From: Eledone cirrhosa
Lineage: Eukaryota
Length of the DNA: 64,000 nucleotides
Assembly: GCA_964016885.1 (NCBI GenBank)
Contig: OZ024747.1
Span: 87,916,001 to 87,980,000, forward strand
Reading direction: 5' to 3'
Below the pieces are notes generated by a model that made no database searches, had not been told where the DNA came from, and worked only from the letters and a program-made list of their open reading frames with translations. Positions 39,201-53,100 of this stretch are shown piece after piece. The position numbers and the translations under genes are program-made. Each line of letters starts with the position of its first letter. Position 1 is the first letter of the stretch.

Positions 39201-39879
39201 TATAGCTGCAGCAGCAACAACAACAGTACTAGCAGTAATGCCTCCACCAGTATCAGCATCATAGTGAACAATAATAGCACCAGACCATCATTATTGTTAT
39301 TTTCAAGGGCGGTGGATTGGCAGTATCGGTAGAGGGTCGGACGCCATGCTTTGCAGCAAAGAGTTACGGCCCTTTATGGTCTGAGTTCAAATCCCGCCAA
39401 AGTTAACTTTGCCTTTCAACCTTACATCGTCGATAAAATAAAGTACCAGTAATACACTGGGATAATTGCTGGCCTTGTGCCAAAATAGAAACAATCATTG
39501 TTATTTTCACCACTATCACTACCACCAGCAGTGGTAGTGATAGTGCTATAGTAACTGTACCAAAACACCCTTATCATCTTCAGCAGCATATCCACTGCAC
39601 CTCACCGACGCTCATCTCCACCAACACCAGTAGCAGCACTCCAACCAGCTCCAGAAGTACCACCAATACTGTCACTGCTACTTGGTGGATTGGCAGTATC
39701 GCTAGAGGGTTGGACGACATGCTTTGCAGCACAGAGTTACGTCCCTTTACGGACTGAGTTCAAATCCTGCTCAGGTTAACTTTGCCTTTCATCCTTACGG
39801 GGTCGATAAAATAAAGTACCAGTAATGTACTGAGTAATTGCTGGCCTTGTGCCAAAAGTAGAAGCAATTATTATCCATT

Positions 39880-40210
39880 TGTCACATAACATTTGTTCCT
39901 GGTGATGTAATACTGGAGCCAGCTTCCCACAACCAGTGGACTGAGGTGCCACCTTCAATTGCCAAGCACTTTTCTAAGTATTCTGTCAGTTCCAAGGAGT
40001 GTTGTTTTCCGTAAAGGTCCCCACCTTGGTGTTGGCCCCAATTTTTAAAAATAATTTTTAATTCTGGTGCTCATAGTAGCAAGTGCCCTGACTACAACTG
40101 GGACCATCTCAATCCTTTTCATTTCCCACAAATGTTTTATCTTGTATTTCGTGTCCCTCAATTTGTATTTCTTAACTTTCTTCAATTCTTTGTCACAAAC
40201 CTTATTCAGG
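39880..40210 (-). mobile_element. R4/Dong-type LINE restriction-like endonuclease C-terminal fragment
   Basis: KELKKVKKY...IKHLWEMKRIEMVPVVVRAL and RKTTLLGTDRILRKVL. Confidence 0.7.
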
Positions 40211-41930
40211 TAAAAGACAAACATTTTTTACCTGCAAAAAAAAAAAAAAATAAGTGATGTTTGTTTTGAAAGAGTCTATGAACTTATTGAATAAGCATCC
40301 CATGTGAGGTTGGTGAAAGGGGAAAAATAATATAAATGTCAGTGGGACAGCCTGGAAATCAAACATTGTTAACTTTGTTGATCACCACAATATTTCAGTG
40401 CTGTTGGAAATGAAAAATGTTCATCACAATCAACTTTTTCACTTCCAACAACAATGATTTAAGTGGTATTCTTTATGTACCAGGCTATGCTATTCTCTTC
40501 TGCTCTCATACATCTTTATTATTTGGATTGGCAGTATCGGTAGAGGATCGGACACCATGCTTTGACGCATAGAGTTATGGCCCTTGCCATTCTGAGTTCA
40601 AATCCCGCCGAGGTTAACTTTGCCTTTCATCCTTATGGGGTCAATAAAATAAAGTACCAGTAATGTACTGAGTAGTTGCTGGCCTTGTGCCAAAAGTAGA
40701 AACAATTATCATTATTATTACTTCCGCCGAGGTTGACTTTGCCTTTCATCCTTACGAGGTCGATAAAATAAAGTACCAGTAATGTACTGGGTAATTGCTG
40801 GCCTTGTGCCTAAAGTAGAAACAATTATTATTATTTAGCAGCCAGCACAGAGTTACGTCCCTTTACAGACTGAGTTCAAATTCCGCCGAGGTTAACTTTG
40901 CCTTTCATCCTTATGGGGTCGATAAAATAAAGTACCAGTAATACACTGGGATATTTGCTGGCCTTGTGCCAAAAGTAGAAACAATTATTATTATTACTGG
41001 TGGATGGGCAGAATCAGTAAAGTGTTGGACAACACACTTTGCGTCATAGTTAGGACTCTTTACGTACTGGGTTCAAATCCTGCCAAGGTTAGCTTTGCCT
41101 TATGGGGTCGATAAAATAAAGCACCAGTAACGCAGTTGGGTCAATTTAATCAACTCATCTCCCCGCAAAACATTGCTGGCCTTGTGCCTAATGTAGAAAC
41201 AATTATTATGATGATTGTTGTTATTATTATTATTTGTTGTTGTTGTTGTTGTATTAGTCTTTATTTCTAACACTAAAGTATAGAAAGCTGACATGATTTC
41301 AAAATTATATTATTTAAATGAGTAATACTTCGCTGGCAGATGGCAGATGGCAGGTGGCAGGTATTGTGAATTCAAGAGATCTCTAAATCACATACTTTTA
41401 TGTAATGTCTCAGGTGTAATGTCCATACACAACCCCCACACAGTATATATCATATATTAGGTACTGCAATATTGATCTTCAACCATTTCTCCAAAACAGA
41501 TATGCCATCTCCACCATCAGAATGGGATTGGCTGAGAGAGAGAGAGACACACAATTGTGTTTAAAGCCTGACATTATTTCACCTAATTTTATATTTATAT
41601 TGCAGTGAAACGCTTAGGGATGATGGCCATGTGGAAGGAAGGAAGGAGGTAAGGATTGATGGAAGGAAAGGATAAAGAAAGGAATGATGGAAGAAAGAAG
41701 AAAGAAAGGAAGTAAGGATACATGGATGGATCGATGGAAGGAAAGAAGAAAGGGTGAGAGAAGGAAGAGAAAAAGGAAAGAGAGATAGATAGTGAGATTG
41801 GAAGTATAAATGGAAATGGAAAGTGAAATTAAAATAAATGAGATGAGTTGAAAATTTGAGAGAAAGATAGAAAGGGGGAGAATAGCTAACAAGAGGGAGG
41901 GAGGGGGGCATATATAAAAAGAGAGATAGA

Positions 41931-41987
<57 letters not shown>

Positions 41988-43027
41988 TATAGGAAAAAAA
42001 GTGAGAGAGGAGAAAGAGAGAGTATGTGTGTGTGTGTGTGTAAAACAATAAAAGTGTCTATGATAAAAATTAAAAAAGGATAAGATAGAAATAAATAAAT
42101 AAATAAAAGCAGAAACAAATGAAAGAGAATATTCAAGAGAGAGAGAGGGAGAGGAGGAAGGGGAGAGTGAAGGGAGAGTGGATTTTTATTAATTGTTTGC
42201 AATTTTTGTCTTTGCTTTCTATTTGGAAGTCCTGGTCGAGTGCTTCATGGTTCATTTTTTTTCTTTTTTCAATTTGAAAAAAAAATGTGCCAATGTTTTC
42301 TTTGAAATAGCCAGTGCTTGCTTACCTCCTCTTCACTGTCACATGACACTGAAAGTGGAGCTTCCTACTGTAATGGAGAGTTCAAACCAAGACAGTAGGC
42401 TTGTGCTGACCTGTTCCGAAGAGGCTAATTCCTTGCTGATGAAGCTGCTCTTAGCCGATTACATATTACCTAATAGCATTACCTAATATCTGTGCATCCC
42501 AGCTACATATGAACTGTTGTCAGCAGATGGCGTATCAGAAACTAATGCATTAGTGTGGGGCCAGAGAATCAAACTCCATACCCACATGAAATAATTTTTC
42601 TCACTATTTAACATGTAAGTGTGCACTCTGCTTTCTTTTTGGTTATTATCTTAATGATACTGGCTTAATTAAAGCATTGAATGAGTAGGACGACGACCAA
42701 AGGCATTTTGGTCTTATCCGATAACTTTGTTTTAGTATTATATATATATATATATATGTTAGGTTATATTAGAGTTTATCAATATATATCCTGGTAAATA
42801 TTACAGAAGCTCAATACTAACCAGTATCCTTGGTCAACCAGTAATCCAAAAGGGGGAATGATTTTTCAACCTCTCTAGACTACATTATGGACTGTTATGG
42901 CACAAACTGCAGAGCTCAAACTTTTAATAAAATAGCAATGAATAACCAGTTAAGATTTACAACATGATTTTACTCTCTCTATGTATATATAATAATAAGT
43001 AGCATGGGTTTCACTACTAGTACGGGT

Positions 43028-43063
<36 letters not shown>

Positions 43064-43487
43064 AAGAGAGAGAGTAGGGGGATTCTGAGGGAGACTTAGT
43101 ACCAAAATTAAATATGGGCTGAACTAAAGCGAAAGAAAAAATCTAGCCAAGTAAACAAATAAAAGAACAATCAAAATTAAGTAAATAAAAAGAATGAAAG
43201 AAAGAGCATGAGAGAGAAAATAAGAGCGAGGGAGTAATAAGTTACCATATTTAAGTGAATTGACTGGCAAAAATATTGAATGGTGGAAAATATAACAGTA
43301 TGATCATCTCTTGATTGTGAAAATATTGGAATAGAGATAGGGAGGAGAGGAAAGAAAAGTAAAGAATAGGAATGTTAAGGGGAAAAGAACTTTCTATAAA
43401 GATAGTATTATGCCGTTTGATACCAATCTTCCTGAAACTGGCCCAGGTTCTATGATACTAATTTCTCTGTTTCAAAATGCTCATATT

Positions 43488-43633
43488 TAACCCTTTCATT
43501 ATTATATGTCTAACGAAAGACTGCTTATTGAGAATATGTAACTTTCTCGTATTGTTTGGACCATAACTTAAAGCTTTTTTATATAAAGTAATAACGTAAG
43601 GTATATAGATAAATATAACCAATTTAAAAAAAA

Positions 43634-43666
<33 letters not shown>

Positions 43667-43826
43667 AGAATCAACCTTGAAATTAAATTAATAACATTCC
43701 ATTGTAATTTTGTGTGGAAAACTTGCTAAATTATTTTACTAAGTCCCCACAAATTCTAGATTATATTCAAGATTAACAGGGACTTAAAACTGTGTAGTTC
43801 TTTAAAAATATGGTTATGAAAAGGTT
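43488..43826. mobile_element. Longer TTAA-type MITE (related pieces near 13400, 21350-21690, 22650, 44500-44673, 48630)
   Basis: TTAACCCTTTCAT...ATGAAAAGGTTA termini. Confidence 0.55.
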
Positions 43827-45280
43827 AGAATAACCCTAGAATCACACTTTTCAAACCACTAAAGAACTATCCCCAGTAGCCACTCTTGTGGTTTGTCATA
43901 TTCTAAACATTCCCCAAAAACCCACATCAAAGAAATATGTCAGAATGGGTAAGTAGTTCACTTCATAACCATTAACCCTTTAGCATTTAAACCAGCCATA
44001 TCTGACCAGAATTCTCTCACCTCTTTCCATTCAAATCAGCTGTAACTGGCCGCTCATACTGATGTTAAGGTATTGTTCTCAAAATAAATAATACCAAATA
44101 TTATAGATTCGATATTATGGGAAATAATTATGTGAGATAAAGTGTTTACTATGAAAATACAATTGTAAATATAGAGTATGTAAATGGCAAAGAGTTAAGT
44201 CCTGGATTTGATCCTATTGAGCATGAGCAAGTGTATTTACAATGGTCTTGAGTTAACCCAATCTTTGTGAGTGAAATTGGGTAGATGGAAACAGCATGGA
44301 AGCCCATCAGATAGATTGTACCTACAATTCAATTGTCCCATATTCTGTTATGCTTATTCAGCTTGGGAATCATGTCAACCAAATCCCTTTTGGTTCTATA
44401 AAACAAAACCATCTACTTCAAAAGGTTCTCATTTAAATTACAACATAATTTGATACATGAACCATGTGTTAAGTTATGTTACAAATACTATCTTAATAAT
44501 GTTTGTAAATTACTTAATTTAACCTTCAGCATACTCTAGGTGCCTTATATCGCTAACAGAGTAATCCCCCTTTAATATGTAATGCAGTGTCAAAAGAAGC
44601 AATTCATAAAAATATTCAGCATACTAAAGATTAAATACAATGTTTCATTAGATATGTGGCTATGAAAAGGTTATATCTGTGGAATACCCAACTACTTACA
44701 CTTTAATTCATGAGTTAGATGTTCAGTTGATCAAACAACTGAATGCTCATCGTTGAAACTGACGGAGAATCCAGCATCTACAAGGTCTTACTTAATAGAC
44801 ACCATTAAGGAACTCAGCTCTCATTAGTATCTCAGGCCTCCCATACAAAATCACCCAGACAATTTGTAAATTCCCCCTTTTCTGGAAATCTTAATGGTCC
44901 ATTAACATCATTCTTTGTCTTTACCTAATTTTCATCATTACTTCAACAGAGCACCCCACCTTTAGAAATTACTGCATTATCATCATCATCACCACCACCA
45001 TTCAGCAGTCTCCTCTTCCTCTTCATCATCACTATCACCATCATCTTCAACACGATTTCACAGAACTTATGTTCATCGATTTCAGGGACTTGACTCCTTC
45101 TTCCTCACTTTTCGTTGCATTACCATCTTTGGTTGTTTACTGTCTCACTCGTTCCCCTTATTTACATGTCCCAACGACTTTCTTTAGCTGTTGCTCGCAC
45201 CAACCGGAGGTATATGGTCTTTAAAGTGATGAAATACCAATGAAGGTTGGAAGATCACTGATGAAGGACTAAATTTATTC

Positions 45281-45313
<33 letters not shown>

Positions 45314-45464
45314 CATATATATATATCATTACCATTTTACGTCGATTCTTCCACGCTCTCATGGGTTAGATGGGTTGTCCTGTTGTAGGTAATGTTAGGT
45401 TGGGTGACCTTGTCTTGCTCATACGATATATAAATATATGTGTGTATATATGTGTGTAGGCAGA

Positions 45465-45842
45465 ATTCTAGGAGAAGGAAAACTCTGATATAACACCTGC
45501 AACCCTGATGGTATCCAATGATGTTGACTTGTTCTTCTTTTTGGTAAATATCATCTTGGTTAAGAGAGTGGGACTGGCTTTGTGCAGTGCCTTTGCTCAC
45601 TATAAAAGCTTCACGGCACAGGCATTGCTTTATATCTGGAGATCCCTCTGCACTTGTTGTCACATGGTACCATGGGCCCAGTACTATGTGTCAATAATTG
45701 TCACAAGTGTAGTGTTTGTACCAGAGTTTTCAAGTCGCTGGCTGGACTAAAAAGTCACACTCATTCAGCGCATCGGTAGAGGTTCTCCTACATGGATATA
45801 AAGTAGTGGCCGTACTCGAAAACGAGTTGGCAGCCACCATAT
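45465..45842 (+). mobile_element. Short non-autonomous RTE-derived element (second copy 60103-60500)
   Basis: Two highly similar copies bounded by (TA)n, with a 5' GGAGAAGGAAAACTCTG motif, a CSVC..VFKSLAGLKSH..SAH finger and a terminal stem-loop. Confidence 0.75.
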
Positions 45843-46205
45843 ATATATATATAAGGAATTTATATCTAGTAACATTTATATACACACAGATGCATATCAA
45901 TGCTAGCAAATATATAGGTTTTGTCTTATTAACAATGTGGTTCAATGCATGGGGCTGCAGAACAATAATATGAGAGACGTAAAATAAGAAAATTATAAAA
46001 TTAACTTACTTACTAAAAAATCACTTCCAACTAATTAGTTTCTGGAATGGAGTAAATATATTTTCTGGAATGGAGTAAATATATATCAGTGATTTTCTCA
46101 ATGGCTTGGAATCCAGTCCACGCTTTGCTATTTCCATTCCACTGAATTATTTTTTTAATAAGTTTCCAGTGTCCTCGCTATGCCTGGAGACCTATACGGA
46201 AAAAG

Positions 46206-46288
46206 ACTTTCCTGATGACGGAATGATTTTCTATGTGTTTCTTCGGAAAATATATTTACTCCATTCCAGAAACTAATTAGTTGGAAGT
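46206..46288 (+). ncRNA. Type I hammerhead ribozyme motif inside a foldback element (45968-46343)
   Basis: ACUUUC-CUGAUGA-CGGAAUG...CAUUCCA-GAAA-CUAAUUAG-UU-GGAAGU: 6-bp stem I, 6-bp stem II and palindromic stem III; C.A mismatch at the base of stem II. Confidence 0.75.
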
Positions 46289-46333
46289 GATTTTTTAGTA
46301 AGTAAGTTAATTTTATAATTTTCTTATTTTACG

Positions 46334-46495
<162 letters not shown>

Positions 46496-47177
46496 GTATA
46501 TATATATATATATATATATAGTTATGTAATAAACAACATAAGATAATTATTTCATTTACCAGTGGTTTCTTGAAAACAAATAAATCTGCTTTCAGTCATC
46601 AGAATGAATAAAACATGGTGTTTTTATTAAATGTGGATTTGAAAACAAAAATATAAGAAATATGAATATGAGGCTGAGGAAACAACGAGCGAAGAAAAAA
46701 AGATATGCCAGCTCTGTGTGTATAGTGTTGATGGTATCAGAGCCTGGTATATATATATATACAGAGAGAAAGTTCACGAGAGAGAGAGAGACAGAACACG
46801 AGAACACATATAGAAGTGGCATCAATAATCTCATTAACCCCAATCACTGTTATGGAATACATCAATGATATGTAAAGAAGAACTATTAGGCTCTGATGAA
46901 GTCTATTTGCCCACTCCCTCCAATGCAGCTGCAACCAACACAAACAAACATACAAAAACAGACTGGATATTGATTTAAAAAAAAACAAAGAGTAAAATAG
47001 CCAGACTGTCATGCTCAACCACATACAACTAATCACTGTATGGCATGGTATATCTGGAGCAATGGGATTGCACCTAGTTCTTCAATCAACTACCTGTGTG
47101 GCATGATTTAATTATATAGTAGAGGGTGAGGGTGCTAACTACATATTTGTGTACTAACCTCAGTAGAGTTAAATATA

Positions 47178-47377
47178 GTCATCATCAACATCACCATCAT
47201 CACCACAGCCATCACTGCTGCCGCCACCCACCCACCACCACCACCGCCACCATCACCACCATAGTCATCATCATCATCATCATCACCCTCATCACCACCA
47301 CCACCACCACCTCCACCACCATCATCATCATGATCATCACCACCACCACCACCACCATCATTATCATCCTCATCACC

Positions 47378-47411
<34 letters not shown>

Positions 47412-47722
47412 TCACCATCACAACCACCACCACCACCACCACCATCATCATCCTCATCACCACCACCACCATCATTATCATCCTCATCACCACCATCATC
47501 ATCATCATCACCACCACCACCACCACCATCATCATCATCCTCATCACCACCACCACCACCATCATCATCATCCTCACCACCACCACCACCACCACCACCA
47601 CCACCACCATCATCATCCTCATCACCACCATCACCACTATCATCATCATCCTCATCATCACCACCACCATCACCATCATCATCATCCTCACCACCACCAC
47701 CACCACCATCATCATCATCATA
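47178..47722. repeat. (CAC/CAT)n compound microsatellite, expanded tail of a minus-strand RTE fragment (47720-48070)
   Basis: Direct inspection; the adjacent CCATGCTTGCATGG tail motif is present. Confidence 0.85.
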
Positions 47723-48383
47723 TTTGTTTACTTTTCCATGCTTGCATGGTTTGGATGAGTTCTGTCTGATACAGTTTCCTTCCATTTTTCTCTTTCCTGT
47801 GTCATTTCCTTTGTGAGTTGCAGCATTCTGCTTCACCATTCTGTGAATTTCAGCTTCCTGTTTCCCCACTTCTGTCCATATTTTCCTTCCATATGGAATA
47901 TCTAGCACTTCTTCCCAAAACAATCACCAACTGTACTCATTACATATCTATACCAACACAGATTTCTCTTCTACAGACTACATTTGATTCCTCTTATGCC
48001 AATTTTTCTCTCAGCTCATTTGTGTTTTGTTCATTCACACTGGCATTAGACACCCAACAGAGCATGCTTGATTTGTTTCTCTCCAGCCTCTACATATTAG
48101 GAAAAATATTAGGAGTTAACTAACATCATTCACTGGCTAAGCAAGTTAGACAACTCTAAACATTTCAGGAATGTTAACCATCATCAGCAGAATTATATTC
48201 TTTGCCCATGCTTGCTGGTCTTGTAGCAACTAGCTTACTATATAGAAAGGTTCTTAAAAACATTGAGTGGACCCTAGATGTAATTAATTGATACTTTAAT
48301 TATAAAATGGTTTTGAACACATATTTATGTAATAAAAATGGGGGTTAATTATTTCCAATGTTTTCAGTTTGCTTGATTAGAGC

Positions 48384-48569
48384 CAGTGTTGGATTCAGGA
48401 CAAATGAGGCCTTGTGCTAGTTAAGTTATGAGGTCCCTTACTTGGCCCCTTACTTGAAAAACATTTGAAAAATTCATCATAAAAAGGTTTTTGACAGGAA
48501 GATGGGCCTCTTTGGCCAATGGGACCCTGTACTTAAGCACACCTAAGCACAATGGTAAATCTGGCACTG
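48384..48569. mobile_element. hAT-type MITE with 8-bp TSD
   Basis: ATTAGAGC duplicated at 48376-48383 and 48570-48577; TIRs CAGTGTTGGATT / AATCTGGCACTG. Confidence 0.85.
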
Positions 48570-49769
48570 ATTAGAGCTGACCTGAAGCTAAAATACAACA
48601 CTAAAAAAAAAACTCTTCTCCAGTAACATTAACTCTTTTGATATCAAATTGCTGGGGACCGGCCCTACTTCTATGGCACAAAACTGTTTATTTTAAAATG
48701 TTTATATTTATTTTGAAACATTTCCTGATAGTTTTATGTAAGAACCTTTGTTAAGTTATGTTCCTAACACCAGATAAATAATGAGCAAATTATTACAAAA
48801 TCTCTCAAAATTATTTATTATTTTTAAAAGGATTTGAAAATTACAGGCAGAGTTAAATCATTTCTAAACCCAATAAAATAAGAGAGAAGTTAAGAAAGAC
48901 CAAAATAACATATTTAATTAAGATTTAAAACATTAAGAGAGGCTTATATATGTCACATAATATCACTTCATTGTCATATGCTAGTAATATGAGAACTTAA
49001 GGTTAAATATAGTATGAATATGAGTTTTATACTTAAGTGTACCTTTAGCAGAGTAGATATAAATGTTGATTAGTTTGTTTGTCTGATGGATTTGTTCAGT
49101 TGTCATAGTAGTAATGACAAAGTGCGAAATTGCTGGTTGAGTGAGTGAGTGAAATTTGTCTCTGAGTCGAGAGAAGCTACATTCAAGGAAACATGTAGTT
49201 GTACTCACTTGTGGTGTGAAGTGATATTACTCTGGGGAAGATGATTTTTCCAAATCACAGGGATAAGAATTAACAAATGAACAAGACACTGCTAATTTTG
49301 ATGTTTTTATTTGTAACATGAATTACTTTGAAATTACGTGGAGCAATGAACAACAGAAAAGGATACAAATGTTGTAATACTACAAATGTAATAATGGTTT
49401 CTGATTTAGGCACAAGGCCAACAATTTTAGGGGAGGGGAAAGTCAATTAAATCAACTCTGGTGATTTACCGGTACTTTATTTCATCGACCCTAAGGATGA
49501 AAGGTAAAGTTAACTTTGACAGGATTTTAACTCAGAACGTAAAGGGCCGAGTTCAAATGTAATAATATTTACTAACCTGTGTTGGTAAGAGTCCCACCTT
49601 GTGCCAATCTCAGCAAGGCTGGCTAGAGAGTGTGTGTGACTGTGTATGTGACTATATTGCAAAGCTGATGAAAACAAGTGAATGTGTCTGGAGGTCAAAA
49701 ATCTCTTGTATATCAAAAGATTAGGCTGTCCAGTAAGAACTGTCTTCTTTACAGACATCCTGATGCCAT

Positions 49770-50160
49770 GAGCCTCCTATAAGAGAAAATTATCTAAGTT
49801 TGTGGCTCTGAGGTCATTGAGCCTCCTATAAGAGAACGTTATCTAAGTTTGTGGCTCTGAGGTCATTGAGCCTCCTATAAGAGAACGTTATCTAAGTTTG
49901 TGACTCTGAGGTCATTGAGCCTCCTATAAGAGAACGTTATCTAAGTTTGTGGCTCTGAGGTCATTGAGCCTCCTATAAGAGAACGTTATCTAAGTTTGTG
50001 GCTCTGAGGTCATTGAGCCTCCTATAAGAGAACGTTATCTAAGTTTGTGGCTCTGAGGTCATTGAGCCTCCTATAAGAGAACGTTATCTAAGTTTGTGGC
50101 TCTGAGGTCATTGAGCCTCCTATAAGAGAACGTTATCTAAGCTTGTGTCTCTGAGGTCAT
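49770..50160. repeat. Tandem repeat, 49-bp unit x8
   Basis: GAGCCTCCTATAAGAGAACGTTATCTAAGTTTGTGGCTCTGAGGTCATT, near-identical units with no spacers. Confidence 0.95.
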
Positions 50161-53100
50161 AGGTCAGTCTTAAGGTGATCGTGTGTGGCAGACTAAGAAA
50201 ACTACCATGGGAAAATGTGTCGAGATTTCATTACATACCAACATGAGAAGTGTGTAACTATGATATCAATATAGAAACATTTAGTGAGTATAGATAAGGA
50301 AGGGAAACTATTGATTACATGGTCATCAATTCAAACCTAGTTATGCTGCATTTCTGTGATATCTATCTGTTAGAAATAGCAGCAAAATTTCCTCTAAATC
50401 ACACTTTAAATCTTTAAAAATGTAAGAGCACATTGGAAAAATTGAAGTCTTACATATACAAAAAGATGGTATGGTTAAAACTGGAATGTTTTTTATCACA
50501 AAGTTGGAATGTTTTGATCATAGGTTTGTTCGATCTTTACAGCAATAGTGTGTATCACTGAAAATAACTTACAGTTGGCAGGGTAACAATAGAAAGGCTG
50601 TCTAGATGTAAATAACACATTCTTCAACAATATATCACGCCATAATGATATAGAGCATATCTTTTGCATTTAAACTTGGTGGGGCCCATCCCTCTCTAGG
50701 TTTGAACATAGCTGATTTCTCAGAGAGAGAGAGAGAAAGAATGTGGAGGAAGAATCAGCCCCACTACTAGACTGATACTTTATTAATTGACCTCAAAACT
50801 TTGAAAGGCAAAGTTGACCTTGACCTTGGTGTGATTTGAACTCAGTATGCAGAAAACCAGAATGAATACTGCAAAGCATTCTATCTGGCATCCTAATGAC
50901 TCTGCCAACTCACTGCCTCTTCAATAATATACAAATGTAACATGTTGCTATAACCAACTTTTCCATTATAGAAATACAAACAATAACAAAAAAGAGAAAA
51001 ATCAATACAGACAATTTCAAGACAATATATTGATTCTTCTTCTTCTTCTTCTTCTTCTTCTTCTTCTTCTTCTTCTTCTTCTTCTTCTTCTTCATTCTTC
51101 TTCTTCTTCATTCTTCTTCTTCTTCTTCTTCTTCTTCTTCTTCTTCTTCTTCTTCTTCTTCTTCTTCTTCTTCTGCCAGAGTCTTGGGTGCAGGGTCTTC
51201 AAATACTCCCTCCAGCGAGTCCTGTCACACACTGTCTCATGCTGAATCTCTCTGAGAATTATGAGAAAGTTACATGTTTTTGTGAAATTCTCAGCCACTT
51301 ACATGTAAATTTCATGAGCAAGATGTTCTGTGAGTCAAACCAAACACAACTAGAACATTCATCATCACATCTGTTGCATGTAGATGCTATCTGTGGAAGG
51401 TTCAAGAGGAATGCAGGAGGTTATCATTAGTACATGAGCGAACATTATTGGAGGTGACAATAAGAGGGTTTTCGATGAAGAAAAGTGTGGAGGATATAAC
51501 AAATTTCTTTTCTGAGTTCATTGTGGAGGTGTGTGGCTTAGTGGTAAGGGTGTTAGACTTACAATTATGATGTTGTGGGTTCGATTCCTGGGCTGGGTTG
51601 CATGTTGTGTTCTTGAGCAAAACATTTCATTTCATTTCATTTGCTCCAGTAAAGCCTAAAAAAATAAATATTCAGCCCTTGAATGTTTAAATTATAGAAA
51701 GAACTCTTTAGTAAAGAGAGCTCTTCAGTCTTACCAAGTACATGACAACCTCTCTAGTGCTGGTGCCATGATAAAATGCACCCAGCACACTCTGTAAAGT
51801 GGTTGGTGTTAGGAAGGACATCCAATCATAGAAAACATACTGAAATATGGAATGTATGAGTAAGATATGGTCATTCTGATGCAGCAAGTATTGTCTGTAA
51901 CAACCCATCCAAATATAGCTAGCATGGAAAACGACCATAAAATGATGGTGATGATGAAATAGATAAATCTCTATTTCTCAAATGTTTAAATTATAGTGAG
52001 TTACTATTCTGACCTTTGTGTGAACAAATAGCTCCTAATGTATGTTTGGTGCTACAGCTACTCTATCATCCATATTATTGTGATTTTGTAGTCTTCAGCC
52101 AAATACAGAAAATCAAGATGAAGGCTATATTTTAAATAAAAGTAAAAGTAAATGGAGTAAAGAAATTACATCATAATTATATGGAATCAATGTTCTTGCT
52201 AGTCTTGTATGTGAAATTGACAGAACAACCAATTTATAAATAGGTATTCAAATGGATATATCTAGGCACGGTGTATGCTATATTTTCATTATCATCATCG
52301 TTTAATGTCCATCTTCCACGCTAGCATGGGTTGGACGGTTTTGTTCCACTTGAGGCGATATTGTTTGTGAGACCGTGTCTCGCTCATAAAGAACTGTCCC
52401 TGGCAGGTTTTCTAAGGTTGGATGCCCTTCCTAATATCAACCACATTTATAGTGTGGACTGGGAGCCTTTTTACTGTGTCTCCTACACGATCACTTTACA
52501 GTGTGGACTGGGTGCTTTATGTATGCATATGTATGTGTGATGGATGTGCATATTTTTTACACATACACACACACACATTTTAGTATTAGTTAGCAGGAAA
52601 AAAGACAGTATAATATTGCCATTGGAGAATATTGTGCTCAATATGCACAATATAAACTATGGGTGAACAAGATGGGCAATGAGATCAGGGACCACAGGTA
52701 GGCTGACAGAAAAGAAGGACTCTGTATGGAGCAGGTGCCTGGGAGTAGTTAGTAGTAAAAGCACTTATGATATAAATTCTCTCAAATACTCAGACAATTC
52801 CCTAGAAAATGTTAATAGCTCACGAATATGTTTCAAAAGCATAATGGTTAGAGTATGAATGCCATAGAAATGTTTCAGTTAGCTATTATTTTTACTGGCA
52901 ACAAAAACATTCTCTCTCCAAGTGGAGGCAAATTTTATGTTGCTTGCAAGCAAAATACAATAGGGCACATGCAGAGGATGTGTAAAGACTAGAAAGAAAT
53001 GAGGTCAACATGCTCTGAACAATCAAATACAAATTTGCTGATAGAAAATCTGGGGACAAAAGGAATCAGTTGTAGTGTGCAAGTAAAAATAATGAGTTGG

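Noticed and set aside
42461-42495. CATATTACCTAATAGCATTA resembles a miR-8 5p arm
   Set aside because: No complementary 3p arm or hairpin follows.
49770-50160. Possible CRISPR array (also 12540-12875)
   Set aside because: Head-to-tail identical units with no unique spacers; eukaryotic context and no cas genes.
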